A stretch of 64,000 nt of DNA from Candidatus Multivoradales bacterium (GTDB taxonomy: Bacteria > Acidobacteriota > Thermoanaerobaculia > Multivoradales > J023), in contig CBDFLE010000006.1 of assembly GCA_965248925.1 (NCBI GenBank), forward strand, positions 896,001-960,000. Reading direction: 5' to 3'. Shown in pieces: positions 9,510 through 19,524 of this stretch. Positions within the stretch are counted from its first letter, which is position 1; every line of letters begins with the position of its first letter. The position numbers were made by a program, and so were the translations under genes. The notes below the pieces were generated by a model. The model was not told the origin of the DNA. It saw only the letters and a list, made by a program, of their open reading frames with translations, and made no database searches.

Positions 9510-10798
9510 CGCTGGTAGCCACCGCGGCGCCGGTCATCGGGCCGACCGGCGTCGAGCTGGAGCGGTTGATCGACACCACGGTCCAGCTGCCAGGAACCAC
9601 TGGAACGTTCTTTTTTGAAGGCCCACCTCCCTTGCCGTGCGGGCGAGGGATCGTCTTTCGAGCGGTCGAATCCACCATGAGCATGAGCTGGGGGTACTAC
9701 CTTGGCCCGGGTGGGGTCGAGGTGTTCGTAAATGGGAACACCGCCGTTCCGGGGACGCCGCATAAGTTCCAGGATCTGGATGACATCCGCTGCAGCGGCG
9801 GAGATCACTACGTCTTTCTGGGTTCCTCAGCTCTATCCAGCAGCGTATATGAGTGGCTTCCTGGCGGGCAAATCAATCTGATTCAGGGTGGTGGCATGTC
9901 GATAGGTGGCCACGAGTTTGGATCCTTCTTCGATCTCGGCAGCAACCAACACGGCGTGGGCATACTCGGTAACCTGGATCCACAGAGCGATGGTGAGGCC
10001 CTGGCCGTCAAATTCTTCGGCCGAGAGCCAATCTTCGTCGCCGACGAGACCGAGATCCTGCCAGGACAGACCGTTCCCGTGACGGGCTATGGCTCGCCGC
10101 GCCTGGTGGGCTCGGACCTCGTCTTCCGAGCGCTGAGTTTTCTCACCCGGGGCCTTTATCGCTGGTCGGAAGGACAAGGGATCTCTCTGCTGATCGATGA
10201 CCAGACTCCGGTGCCGGGAGCAGAGGGCACCTTTGTAGGAGTAGGGACGATCACCACTCTTTCAGACGGAATCGCGTTCACGGCTGGCTACAGCGGTGGC
10301 ATAGGCATCTTCCTCCTTCGCCACGGCGGGCAGATCGAGCCTCTAGTACTGCCTGGGCAGCAGACGGAAGGCGGCCAGACGATCACCTCAGCTTCTATCC
10401 CCATAGGCGCTGGCAATCTCTTCACCTTCAGAGGCTTTACCAAGGAGCCAGAATTCGCTGCCTCGGTCTTCGCCCGCACCCCGGACGGCAAGATCTACCG
10501 AATTCTGGGAGTCACGGATGTGATTGAGGGTCAGATCGTGAGAACCATCGACGCCGCCGCGGACCATGACACCGTGGTAGTACGGATTCTGACCAACAAG
10601 CTACAGGGCATCCTCTACCGAGCGAATTTCAACACGGCCATTGATATCCCAGTGTTGTCACCCCGCGCGGTGGTGGCGCTGGCCTTCTCGATCCTCATGG
10701 CGGGACTGTGGAGCCTGTGGCGCAAGGCGGGCGCGATACGACGCGACGGTAGAGGGCGACAAAGACCTCCAGCGGCAAAGACTCGGCCCGCACAGTAG
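9488..10798 (+). CDS. Exported beta-repeat (propeller-like) protein with IPTL-CTERM-like anchor
   Basis: Repeats resembling LIDxxTxxPG..F; C-terminal IPVLS motif followed by a hydrophobic helix and basic residues. Confidence 0.65.
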   Translation: MDLLYALALVATAAPVIGPTGVELERLIDTTVQLPGTTGTFFFEGPPPLPCGRGIVFRAVESTMSMSWGYYLGPGGVEVFVNGNTAVPGTPHKFQDLDDIRCSGGDHYVFLGSSALSSSVYEWLPGGQINLIQGGGMSIGGHEFGSFFDLGSNQHGVGILGNLDPQSDGEALAVKFFGREPIFVADETEILPGQTVPVTGYGSPRLVGSDLVFRALSFLTRGLYRWSEGQGISLLIDDQTPVPGAEGTFVGVGTITTLSDGIAFTAGYSGGIGIFLLRHGGQIEPLVLPGQQTEGGQTITSASIPIGAGNLFTFRGFTKEPEFAASVFARTPDGKIYRILGVTDVIEGQIVRTIDAAADHDTVVVRILTNKLQGILYRANFNTAIDIPVLSPRAVVALAFSILMAGLWSLWRKAGAIRRDGRGRQRPPAAKTRPAQ

Positions 10799-11552
10799 GC
10801 GCCAACCCGAGGTCGGCCGCCACCTTCTCTACCCGCGCAGGCGGCACCATCGGTTTCAAGCTGTTGCGCAGGGTCTTGCGCCGCTGGGCGAAGGCTTGGC
10901 GTACAAAACGAGTGAAGGCGGGCATCTCGACCAGAGGTAAAGGCGGAGGGTGCAGTTCGAGACCGACGTAGGCACCCCAGACTTTGGGCGGGGGCCTGAA
11001 ACTGCCCGGTCGCACCCAGCCGAGCAGGTGGGCGCGTGCCCACGCCGCCACCAGCACGCTGAGCGAGCCATAGGCCGGATCTCCGGGTCGCGCCGCCAGC
11101 CGCTCGGCGACTTCTTTTTGCAGCATGAACGCGGCCCGCGGCACCCGCGCACCGTGCGGCAGCAGGCTCTCGACCAAGCGGGTGCCCACATTAAACGGCA
11201 GGTTGCCGGTCACCAGAGTGGCGGCAGGAAGACGCTGCCAGTCGATCTTGGCGGCGTCGGCCACCACCACCGTCAAGGCCGGCTGGCGATGGGCGCGACT
11301 CAGTTCGCAAGCCCACTCCAAATCGAGCTCGCAAGCCATCACCCGAGCGCCGGCGGCGAGCAACTCGGCGGTCAAGACTCCACCACCGGGGCCAATTTCC
11401 AGCACTCGCTGATCGGCCGGCTTCAGGAAATCCAATAGCGGCCGGCACAGTTGACCGTTGATCAAGTGGTGTTGACCAAGATCTTTCTTCAACCTCGGTG
11501 ATCGTTGGCGTCCTGTCCTGGGCCTGACGCGGCCGGGCTCTCTTCGCGACAT
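10695..11552 (-). CDS. rsmA: 16S rRNA dimethyladenosine transferase RsmA/KsgA
   Basis: KKDLGQHHL, VLEIGPGGG, GNLPFN, MLQKEVAERL, FRPPPKV and FAQRRKTLRN motifs. Confidence 0.93.
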   Translation of the reverse strand: MSRREPGRVRPRTGRQRSPRLKKDLGQHHLINGQLCRPLLDFLKPADQRVLEIGPGGGVLTAELLAAGARVMACELDLEWACELSRAHRQPALTVVVADAAKIDWQRLPAATLVTGNLPFNVGTRLVESLLPHGARVPRAAFMLQKEVAERLAARPGDPAYGSLSVLVAAWARAHLLGWVRPGSFRPPPKVWGAYVGLELHPPPLPLVEMPAFTRFVRQAFAQRRKTLRNSLKPMVPPARVEKVAADLGLAPTVRAESLPLEVFVALYRRVVSRPPCATGSTVPP

Positions 11553-11804
11553 GGGCTGATTATCACCCAAAACCTCCTGCCTGCTCACGCCAGCGGCAAA
11601 CCGGCAAACACGCCAAATTGACGCACGATCTGGACAGCTAACGCCCTTCTTGCGGCTAAGCTCGGCCGCACTGTGCCGGCCATGGGGCTAACATGCCGAC
11701 CGCGAGCGGTTGGGCGGGTGGCATCTGACTTGCAAATCTAGAGCACGCCTGAGCGAACCAGCGGTCGCTGACGACGGCCCATCAATCACCGCGGAGAATC
11801 AAGC

Positions 11805-12794
11805 ATGGAACTGGAAAGCGCAACGCTGACCCAGGATGTGGAGCGCGAAACCCTCACCCTACGGCAGATCGAAACCGAGATCCGCAAGGTGATCGTCGGC
11901 CAGGACTATCTGATCGACCGCCTCTTGGTGGGGCTGCTGAGTCGCGGCCATCTGCTCATCGAAGGGGTGCCGGGTTTGGCCAAGACCCTGTCGGTGAAGA
12001 CCTTGGCTCGCACCCTGCACCTCGATTTCCAGCGCATCCAGTTCACCCCGGACCTGTTGCCGGCAGATCTGATCGGCACCCTGATCTACGACCAAAGGAG
12101 CGGTGACTTCAAGGCCCGCAAGGGGCCGATCTTCCACCACATCGTGCTCGCCGACGAGATCAACCGGGCGCCAGCCAAGGTGCAATCGGCGCTGCTCGAA
12201 GCGATGGAAGAGCGCCAAGTCACCCTCGGCGAGACCACCTACGTTCTGGAAGATCCATTCCTGGTGCTGGCCACCCAGAATCCGATTGAGCAAGAGGGCA
12301 CCTACCCGCTGGCCGAGGCTCAGGTCGACCGCTTCATGATGAAGATCAAGCTGACCTACCCAAGCCGCGCCGAGGAAGAGGAGATCCTCAAACGGATGCT
12401 GGTCGAGCGCCCGATCGACGTCCTACCGGTGGTCGATCGGCAACGCCTGTTAGAGTTGCGCCAGGCGGCCGATCAGGTCTATCTCGACGCCAAGATGCAG
12501 CGCTACATCCTCGATTTGGTGCATGCCAGCCGCGACCCGGCAGCCGCTGGCGCCGATGACTTGGTCGAGCTGATCGCCTTTGGCGCCTCGCCCCGCGCCA
12601 CCCTCTTCCTGGCCCGCGCCGCCAAGGGCCTGGCTTTGGTCCGCGGCCGTGGATACGTCATCCCCGAGGACGTCAAAGAGATCGCCCCCGACGTGCTGCG
12701 CCACCGCTTGCTGGCCACCTACGAGGCCGAGGCCGAGGAGATCTCCACCGACGACCTGGTCATGCGACTGCTCGACCGGGTCGAGGTTCCCTGA
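11805..12794 (+). CDS. moxR: MoxR family AAA+ ATPase
   Basis: EGVPGLAKT, RIQFTPDLLPAD, DEINRAPAKVQSALLEAM and ATQNPIEQEGTY motifs. Confidence 0.95.
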   Translation: MELESATLTQDVERETLTLRQIETEIRKVIVGQDYLIDRLLVGLLSRGHLLIEGVPGLAKTLSVKTLARTLHLDFQRIQFTPDLLPADLIGTLIYDQRSGDFKARKGPIFHHIVLADEINRAPAKVQSALLEAMEERQVTLGETTYVLEDPFLVLATQNPIEQEGTYPLAEAQVDRFMMKIKLTYPSRAEEEEILKRMLVERPIDVLPVVDRQRLLELRQAADQVYLDAKMQRYILDLVHASRDPAAAGADDLVELIAFGASPRATLFLARAAKGLALVRGRGYVIPEDVKEIAPDVLRHRLLATYEAEAEEISTDDLVMRLLDRVEVP

Positions 12795-12798
12795 ATCG

Positions 12799-13725
12799 AT
12801 GTTCGGACTGCTACGCCGCCAGCGCCCAGCGCCGCCAGCAACCGACCGGCCCGAGTTGCCGGCCGATTTGCTGCGCAAGGTGCGGCGCATCGAGATCTCC
12901 ACCAAACGCCTGGTCGACCAGGGGGTGGCGGGTGACTACCACTCGGCCTTCAAGGGTCGCGGCGTGGAATTCTCGGAAGTCCGCCCCTACGAGCCCGGCG
13001 ACGACATCCGCGCCATCGATTGGAACGTCACCGCCCGCACCGGCGCCCCACACATCAAGCGCTATGTCGAAGAGCGCGACCTGTCGGTTTTCCTGGTGGT
13101 TGATGTCTCCGGCAGCTTGGCCTTCGGCTCACGGGCGATTCTCAAGCGCGAATTGGCCGCTGAACTAACCGCCCTGCTAGCTTTTGCCGCGGTGGGCAAT
13201 CAGGACCGCGTAGGAGCAGCGCTGATCAGCGACAAATTAGAATTGTTTCTGCGTCCGGACAGGCGCCGCACCCATGTGCTGCGGATGGTGCGCGAGGTGT
13301 TGGGCCGCCCCTCCCAAGGCCGCACCCACCTCGACCGCGGCTTATGGGCCACCCTCAAGACCCTCAAGCAACGCTCGGTGCTGTTCTTGATTTCGGATTT
13401 CATCGATACTCCCCTCGATTCAGCACTCAAAGCAGCGGCGGCGCGCCACGATTTGGTAGTGCTTGAGCTGGTCGACCCGCGCGACGACCGGCTGCCGGCG
13501 GTAGGCCCGGTGGTATTGCGCGATGCCGAAACGGGCCGCATTGCGACGGTCAGCGGACGCCGATTGGCCGCCAGCTACGCGCGCCGCCGGCAGCGCGAAC
13601 GCGGGGATCTGCGGCAACAGCTGCGGCGACTGGGCATCGATCACCTGGAGATCCGCACCGATCGACCCTACCTCGGCGTGCTGATGAAGTTCTTCGAACG
13701 GCGGCGGCGGAGGCTCGGGCGATGA
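12799..13725 (+). CDS. DUF58 (vWA-like) protein of the MoxR/Bat operon
   Basis: FKGRGVEFSEVRPYEPGDDIRAIDWNVTAR, DVSGS and ISDF motifs. Confidence 0.92.
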   Translation: MFGLLRRQRPAPPATDRPELPADLLRKVRRIEISTKRLVDQGVAGDYHSAFKGRGVEFSEVRPYEPGDDIRAIDWNVTARTGAPHIKRYVEERDLSVFLVVDVSGSLAFGSRAILKRELAAELTALLAFAAVGNQDRVGAALISDKLELFLRPDRRRTHVLRMVREVLGRPSQGRTHLDRGLWATLKTLKQRSVLFLISDFIDTPLDSALKAAAARHDLVVLELVDPRDDRLPAVGPVVLRDAETGRIATVSGRRLAASYARRRQRERGDLRQQLRRLGIDHLEIRTDRPYLGVLMKFFERRRRRLGR

Positions 13726-14783
13726 CCACTTCACGCCAAACCACTGCACGCAAAACCACCGGCCGCCAATCCTTGGCCGCGTCGCTGATCGCCGTGGTCG
13801 GCCTCGCCTGTTGGCTGCAGCCGACCGCCGCCAGGGCGCAAGCCGAGCCGGTGCTGACGGTCGATCTCGAACCCCTCGAAATCACCGTCGGCGGGCGGGT
13901 AGAGGCCACCTTGACCCTGGTTTGGACCGGTGGCGAGGCCCCCGGAGAGCCGCGCTTCCCCGCCTGGCAAGATTCCTGGGGCCAAGCCGAAGTGCTGACG
14001 ATCGGCGAAGTCGGCTCGTCCACCGACTCCTCCGGCCGCTTGATCTACAGCCAACAGGTGGTGCTGACCGCTTTCAGCGTCGGCCAAGTCAGGCTGCCGT
14101 CGCTAGCGATCGCCGTACCGATCGATGACCAAACACTGAACATCGAAACCCCGAACGACCTCACGTTCACGGTAGCTTCGGTGCTGCCACCCGCCGCGGC
14201 AGAAGACGGTCCGGCCGACCCGGTCGATGCCGACGTTCGGAAGACCGCCGAAGAGACCGTCGAGCTGCGACCCGCGGTACCACCGCTCTCCCTCGGCGAC
14301 AACCAGACCTTCGCATTTGCCTCGGCCGCCCTGGCAATGATGCTGGGGCTGGCTTCCTGGTGGATGTTCCGCCGCCTGCAGTTCGCCGGACAACTCGCCG
14401 GTGGCAGCCACAAGATCCTGCTGGCACCGCTAGAGGAGTTGCTTGAGCGCCTGCGGCAAGTCGATCCAGAGGCCGGTTCCGAGCCCGCCCACACCGGGCT
14501 CAGCCTGGCGCTGCGCGGCTTCCTCGGCCGTAGTTTTGGCTTCCACGGCCTGGAGAGCACCACCACCGAGATCCGCCGTCTGCTGCGCGATCAGCCGCTG
14601 CCGCCAGCGATCAACCAGCGCCTGCTACGGCTGCTCGATGATTGCGACGAGGTCAAATTCGCCCGCCACCAAGTCGCAGATCGAACCACCGACGAACGTT
14701 TGCAACGAGCCGAGCAGCTGGGCCGCGAGATCGACCGCGCCTTGCTCCCGGTCGAAGAGCCGCTGACGGAGGCCGCCGGGTGA
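13722..14783 (+). CDS. Membrane-anchored Bat-operon accessory protein
   Basis: Signal peptide, Ig-like region, TM helix and ESTTTEI...DEVKFA motif; translationally coupled. Confidence 0.75.
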   Translation: MTTSRQTTARKTTGRQSLAASLIAVVGLACWLQPTAARAQAEPVLTVDLEPLEITVGGRVEATLTLVWTGGEAPGEPRFPAWQDSWGQAEVLTIGEVGSSTDSSGRLIYSQQVVLTAFSVGQVRLPSLAIAVPIDDQTLNIETPNDLTFTVASVLPPAAAEDGPADPVDADVRKTAEETVELRPAVPPLSLGDNQTFAFASAALAMMLGLASWWMFRRLQFAGQLAGGSHKILLAPLEELLERLRQVDPEAGSEPAHTGLSLALRGFLGRSFGFHGLESTTTEIRRLLRDQPLPPAINQRLLRLLDDCDEVKFARHQVADRTTDERLQRAEQLGREIDRALLPVEEPLTEAAG

Positions 14784-15775
14784 TCGAGCTACCGCATCTG
14801 CACAGTCCGCTGTGGCTCACCGCGCTGCTCCTGCTACCGCTGGCGGCCTTCTGGCATCACCGCCAGCGCAGCTTTGGCGCCCTCACCTACAGCCATTTAC
14901 CGCAACCTGCGAGCGGCAGTTGGCGGCTGCACCTACCGTTCTACCTGCGGCTGCTGGCGTTAGCCCTGATGATCTTCGCCGCCGCCCGGCCACAGCTCGG
15001 CTTCGCCTGGGAAGAGAACCGCACCGAGGGCATCGACATCCAGATCGCTCTCGACGTCTCTGGCAGCATGGCGGCCGAAGACTTTCAGCCCAAGAACCGC
15101 CTGGCGGTGGCCAAAGAAGTGGTCAAAGAATTCATCGACAAGCGCACGGCCGACCGACTGGGAGTGGTGGTGTTTGCCGGCGAAACTCTAATCAAAGCGC
15201 CGCTGACCACCGATCGTGGCATGCTCCGCCTGCTGGTCGATTCGGTACAGCTCGACACCCTGCCCAATGGCACCGCCATCGGCATGGCGCTGGCGTCGAG
15301 CGCCGCCCGCTTGAAAGCCTCGACCGCCGACAGCCGAGTCATAGTGCTGGTCACCGATGGAGTTAACAACGCCGGCGCCGTCGATCCCGATTCAGCTGCA
15401 GCGATCTGTGAAGGCCTGGGCATCAAGGTCTACACCATCGGTGTGGGCACCGATGGCGAGGTGCCGATTCCGGTCACCGTGCAAAACCCGCTGACCGGTC
15501 GCCTGGAACGCCGCACGGTGAAGCAGAAGGTCGAGATCGACGAAGAACTGCTGCAGAAAATCGCCGAGCGCACCCAAGGTAAGTTCTTTCGCGCCACCGA
15601 CCCGGATAGCTTGCGGGAGATCTTCGCGGCGATCGACGAGCTAGAAAAAACTCCCCTCGAAGTGAAGCGCTACGTGCGCTACGAGGAAGCCTTTCAACCC
15701 CTGGTTTGGACCGCCTTCGGCCTGCTGCTGCTACCGCTGGCACTCGCCCTGGTGGGCCTGACCGCCGAGCCCTGA
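14780..15775 (+). CDS. batA: vWA domain protein BatA
   Basis: AARPQ, DVSGSMAAEDF MIDAS, GTAIGMAL and LVTDGVNN motifs; GTGA overlap start. Confidence 0.88.
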   Translation: MIELPHLHSPLWLTALLLLPLAAFWHHRQRSFGALTYSHLPQPASGSWRLHLPFYLRLLALALMIFAAARPQLGFAWEENRTEGIDIQIALDVSGSMAAEDFQPKNRLAVAKEVVKEFIDKRTADRLGVVVFAGETLIKAPLTTDRGMLRLLVDSVQLDTLPNGTAIGMALASSAARLKASTADSRVIVLVTDGVNNAGAVDPDSAAAICEGLGIKVYTIGVGTDGEVPIPVTVQNPLTGRLERRTVKQKVEIDEELLQKIAERTQGKFFRATDPDSLREIFAAIDELEKTPLEVKRYVRYEEAFQPLVWTAFGLLLLPLALALVGLTAEP

Positions 15776-15794
15776 AGCGAGATCACCCGACGCG

Positions 15795-16805
15795 ATGGAC
15801 TTTGCCGATCCCAAAATTCTGTGGTTGTTGCTGCTCGCCCCGGCGGCGGCGATGCTGGCGGCCTGGCATTGGCGGCGACGGCTGCGGGCCACCGCCGCTT
15901 GGGCCGCCCGCGGCTTGTGGAGTCGCTTGCTGCCCAGCTATCGACCGCGCCGTCTAGCCATCTCCGTAGCCTTGCTGGCAACGGTCCTATTCGGTCTGGC
16001 GATCGCTCTGGCACGGCCCCGCTGGGGAGAGAGCGAAACGCAGGTGGAGCGCCAGGGGGTCGACGTGGTGTTCGTCCTCGACACCTCCCTGTCGATGGCC
16101 ACCCGCGACGTGATGCCGTCGCGATTGTGGGTCGGCCAAACCTTGATTCGCAGCCTGGTGCAAGCGCTGCCGGGGAATCGGGTGGCACTTGTGCAAGCCG
16201 AGGGCGACGGCGTGGTAATGGTGCCCCTGACCCTCGACGCGGCGGTGATCGATCTGCTGCTCGATGCCGTCCAAGCCGGCTCCCTGCCGACCCCTGGCAC
16301 CGAGCTGGCGGCGGCCCTCGACAAAGCCCTGGAACTCTTTCCCGAGGGAGCCGAGAAACACCGCGTGTTGGTGTTGGTCTCGGATGGCGAAGACCACGGC
16401 TCCGATCTCAAGCAGATCGCCGATCGGCTGGGCGACTCCGGCACCGTCTTGCACGCCATCGGCATCGGCACTCCGGAAGGCAAGCCCCTCGAACTGCCGC
16501 CGACCAAAGCCGGGGGGCCGCTGGAGTACAAACGTGACGAAGCCGGCAAAGTGGTAGTCAGTCGCCTCCAGGAAACCAACCTGGAAGCCCTGACCCGAGC
16601 CACCGGCGGGCTTTACTTGCGCGCCACCAGCGCCGCCGCCAACGCCGAGCCCATCGCCAGTCGGATTCTCGACATGGAACGCCGTCGTTTCAGCGCCGAG
16701 ACCATCAGCGCGCTCGAAGAGCGCTACCAATGGCCGCTCAGCCTGAGCATCGTCGCCCTCTGCCTGTTCTTGTTGGTGCCCCCCTTCGCCGGAGACCGAC
16801 GATGA
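15795..16805 (+). CDS. batB: vWA domain protein BatB
   Basis: ALARPRWG, DTSLSM and VSDGEDH motifs; C-terminal ERYQWPL followed by a TM helix. Confidence 0.85.
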   Translation: MDFADPKILWLLLLAPAAAMLAAWHWRRRLRATAAWAARGLWSRLLPSYRPRRLAISVALLATVLFGLAIALARPRWGESETQVERQGVDVVFVLDTSLSMATRDVMPSRLWVGQTLIRSLVQALPGNRVALVQAEGDGVVMVPLTLDAAVIDLLLDAVQAGSLPTPGTELAAALDKALELFPEGAEKHRVLVLVSDGEDHGSDLKQIADRLGDSGTVLHAIGIGTPEGKPLELPPTKAGGPLEYKRDEAGKVVVSRLQETNLEALTRATGGLYLRATSAAANAEPIASRILDMERRRFSAETISALEERYQWPLSLSIVALCLFLLVPPFAGDRR

Positions 16806-17737
16806 ACCGCCGCCAAAGAATCTGGGCCGCAGCCACGCTAGCCTTCTCCCTCGGCTGGCCAGCGACCGCCACCGCGCCGCCAACCGAGGCCGTCGAAGGC
16901 GCCGTCGAGGAGGCCCAAAAGGGCGGCTGGCCAGCCTGGACCGACCGCTGGCTGTTCAACGCTCGCGAACGCACCAGCCGTGGTCGCCAAGCCTGGGCCG
17001 AAGGTCAAGCCGGGGCGGCGGTAGCTCCCTTTGACGAGGCGCAGCGGCTGCAACCCAGCGACCCCAAAGCCCAATTCAATGCCGGCACCGCCAGGCTGGT
17101 GGCCGGCGCCGAAGGCGCTACCGAGTTACTCGAACAAGCAGCCGGGGCCGAAGACAGCCTACGGCCACTGGCCAACTACAACCTGGGCAACGCCCGCTAC
17201 GGTGGCGGCGACCTGCCCGGCGCCATTGAAGCCTACAAGGACGCGCTGCGAGCCGATCCCACCTTCGCCGACGCCAAGCACAATCTGGAATTCGCCCAAC
17301 GCGAGCTGGAAAAGCAACAGCAAGAGAATCAGGACCCGCAGGACCAGGACCAAGATCAACAAGAGCAAGACGATCAGGATCAGCAAGAAAACCAGGACCA
17401 GGATCAGCAAGACCAGCAACAAGATCAAGATCAGCAACAGCAGGACCCAGACCAGCAGGACCCAGAAGACAAAGACCCAGAGCAGCAAGAGCCGCAAAAT
17501 CAGGACGAGCAGCAGCAAGAGCCACCGAGCCAGGACCCGGAACAGAATCAGGACCCTCAGCAGCAGCCACCCGAGCAGCAACAAGACCGCTTGCCGCAAT
17601 TCGAAGACCTGCCCGACATGACTGCCGAAGAAGCCGCCGCGATTCTCGAAGCGGTAGAGAATCAGGAGCGCGAGCGGCGGCGCCAGGAAGCCATCGAAGC
17701 TGCTCGCACCAACGCCCGCGGTAAGAAGGACTGGTGA
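16802..17737 (+). CDS. batC: TPR protein BatC with Gln/Asp-rich linker
   Basis: YNLGNA...YKDALRADP..DAKHNLE, Q/D low-complexity tract and terminal KDW. Confidence 0.85.
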   Translation: MNRRQRIWAAATLAFSLGWPATATAPPTEAVEGAVEEAQKGGWPAWTDRWLFNARERTSRGRQAWAEGQAGAAVAPFDEAQRLQPSDPKAQFNAGTARLVAGAEGATELLEQAAGAEDSLRPLANYNLGNARYGGGDLPGAIEAYKDALRADPTFADAKHNLEFAQRELEKQQQENQDPQDQDQDQQEQDDQDQQENQDQDQQDQQQDQDQQQQDPDQQDPEDKDPEQQEPQNQDEQQQEPPSQDPEQNQDPQQQPPEQQQDRLPQFEDLPDMTAEEAAAILEAVENQERERRRQEAIEAARTNARGKKDW

Positions 17738-19500
17738 TGCTGCGGCACCTACTCTCCATCGCCGGTCTCCTGCTACTGCTCGCCAGCGGCCTGCAAGCAC
17801 AAGAATTCAACCCTCGCCTACGCCTATCGGCCGAGGAGATTGGGCTCGACGAGATCCTTCTACTGGAGATCACCATTGAAGGCTCAGCCGGACAGGGCCT
17901 GCATTTCGACGCCACCTTCGAACTCGACAACCTGCGTCTACGCAGCGGTCCTTCTTCGACGACAGCCATGCAGATCGTCAATGGCTCCGCCACCACCAGT
18001 CGCTCCTTGACCTGGCAGCTGATTGCCACAGAGCTTGGCCAGGCGACCATCGGCAAGATCCTGGTGCAGATTGGCAACCAGGAAGTGGCCATCGAGGGTC
18101 GGCAGATCAGCGTGCTCGAGCAAACACCCGGCGGCCGGCGACGGCGCAGCGCCAGAAACGACCCTTTCGCCAGCCTACGTTCAGCCGATCCCTTCGCCGA
18201 CCTGCTGCGCCGCCGACCCCGCCGGCAGCAACGGCCAACCACGCCGCCGAAAATCTCCCTGCACGCCTTCGCCAACCCGCCGCGCCCCTACGTCGGCCAG
18301 CAAGTGATCTACACCCTCTACCTCTACACTCAGGCCAACATCTCCTCGGTGCAAGTGGATGAGTTGCCCGGATTCAAAGGGTTCTGGATGCACGAATTAC
18401 CGCAAGCCGAGACCGAGCCCGACCGGGTAGAACTCCAAGACGAGGTCTACACCCGCGTGCGCTTGCTTGAGCGTGCCATCTTTCCCCGCCGCGCCGGCAG
18501 CTTTGAGATCGAGCCGATCATGTTCACTCTCGAAGCGCAGGTTCCCGAGCGTGGCAGCTTCTCCTTCTTCACCCGCTCAAAGCAGATCCGCCGCCAGTCC
18601 AACGTGGTCAAGATCGAGGTACAACCGCTGCCCGAAGCCCCCGCCGGTTTTGGTGGCGCGGTAGGCCAGCTGCAGCTCACAACCACCCTCGAACCGACCG
18701 AGCTGGAGGTCGGCGAGGCCGCCACCCTGACCGTTGAACTCAGTGGTCAAGGGCACCTGCAGGGCATCGCCACCCCAACTCTGCCGGAGATACCGGGATT
18801 GAAGCTCTTCCCGCCGCAGCAGAAGAGCGGCGAGAGGGTGCGGCGCAAAAAAGTCGTCGGTCGGCGGACCTGGAGCTTCGTGCTGGTCCCCGAGCGTCCC
18901 GGCAGCTGGCAGCTACCGGCGGTCGAGATCCCCTACTTCGATCCTCGCCAAGGCTCCTTTCGCGTCGCCCGCGGCGACGACTTTGAGCTCGAAGTGCGCG
19001 GCAGCCGCAGCCTGGCCCAGGCCAGCGGCGCCACCGTCGACCTGCACCCGATCCGCAGCGCCGCCTTGCCAGCGGTGGCAACAGGCGGCCTCGGCCGCAT
19101 GACGCCGTGGTTGTTCGGCCTCCCCTGGTTGCTCGGCGCGGTGCTGCTACTGCTACGCCGCCAGCGCGGCGGCGGCCACGGCAAGGTGCGCCAAGAGCTA
19201 CGCCGCGCGCTCGATCGCGCCGCCAGCGAAGAACGGCCACGGCAAGCCGCCGCGGCCATCGAACAAGCCTGGAGAGACTTCCTGCAACAACGTTGGCAGA
19301 TCCCTCCCGGCACCCCCAGCACCCAATGGAGTCGCCGACTGAGTGAGCAAGGCGCGGGCGCCAAGCCGGCCCAAGACCTAGTGCAGCTGGCCGATGATCT
19401 GCACTATCTACGTTACGCTCCCAAACTCTCATCGACCGACGAGTTACGCCGCGAGTTGATCGAGCGCTCCCGCCGCCTGCTCCGCGCCCTGGCCGGTTGA
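17734..19500 (+). CDS. batD: BatD family protein
   Basis: Signal peptide, MQIVNG, PYVGQQVIY, FGGAVGQ and PYFDP motifs; TM near the C-terminus. Confidence 0.85.
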   Translation: MMLRHLLSIAGLLLLLASGLQAQEFNPRLRLSAEEIGLDEILLLEITIEGSAGQGLHFDATFELDNLRLRSGPSSTTAMQIVNGSATTSRSLTWQLIATELGQATIGKILVQIGNQEVAIEGRQISVLEQTPGGRRRRSARNDPFASLRSADPFADLLRRRPRRQQRPTTPPKISLHAFANPPRPYVGQQVIYTLYLYTQANISSVQVDELPGFKGFWMHELPQAETEPDRVELQDEVYTRVRLLERAIFPRRAGSFEIEPIMFTLEAQVPERGSFSFFTRSKQIRRQSNVVKIEVQPLPEAPAGFGGAVGQLQLTTTLEPTELEVGEAATLTVELSGQGHLQGIATPTLPEIPGLKLFPPQQKSGERVRRKKVVGRRTWSFVLVPERPGSWQLPAVEIPYFDPRQGSFRVARGDDFELEVRGSRSLAQASGATVDLHPIRSAALPAVATGGLGRMTPWLFGLPWLLGAVLLLLRRQRGGGHGKVRQELRRALDRAASEERPRQAAAAIEQAWRDFLQQRWQIPPGTPSTQWSRRLSEQGAGAKPAQDLVQLADDLHYLRYAPKLSSTDELRRELIERSRRLLRALAG

Positions 19501-19524
19501 AGGATCGCTGATGGAAGCACGCCG

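Noticed and set aside
17310-17590. CAG/GAC-rich repeat tract
   Set aside because: Ordinary Gln/Asp linker of BatC-type proteins.
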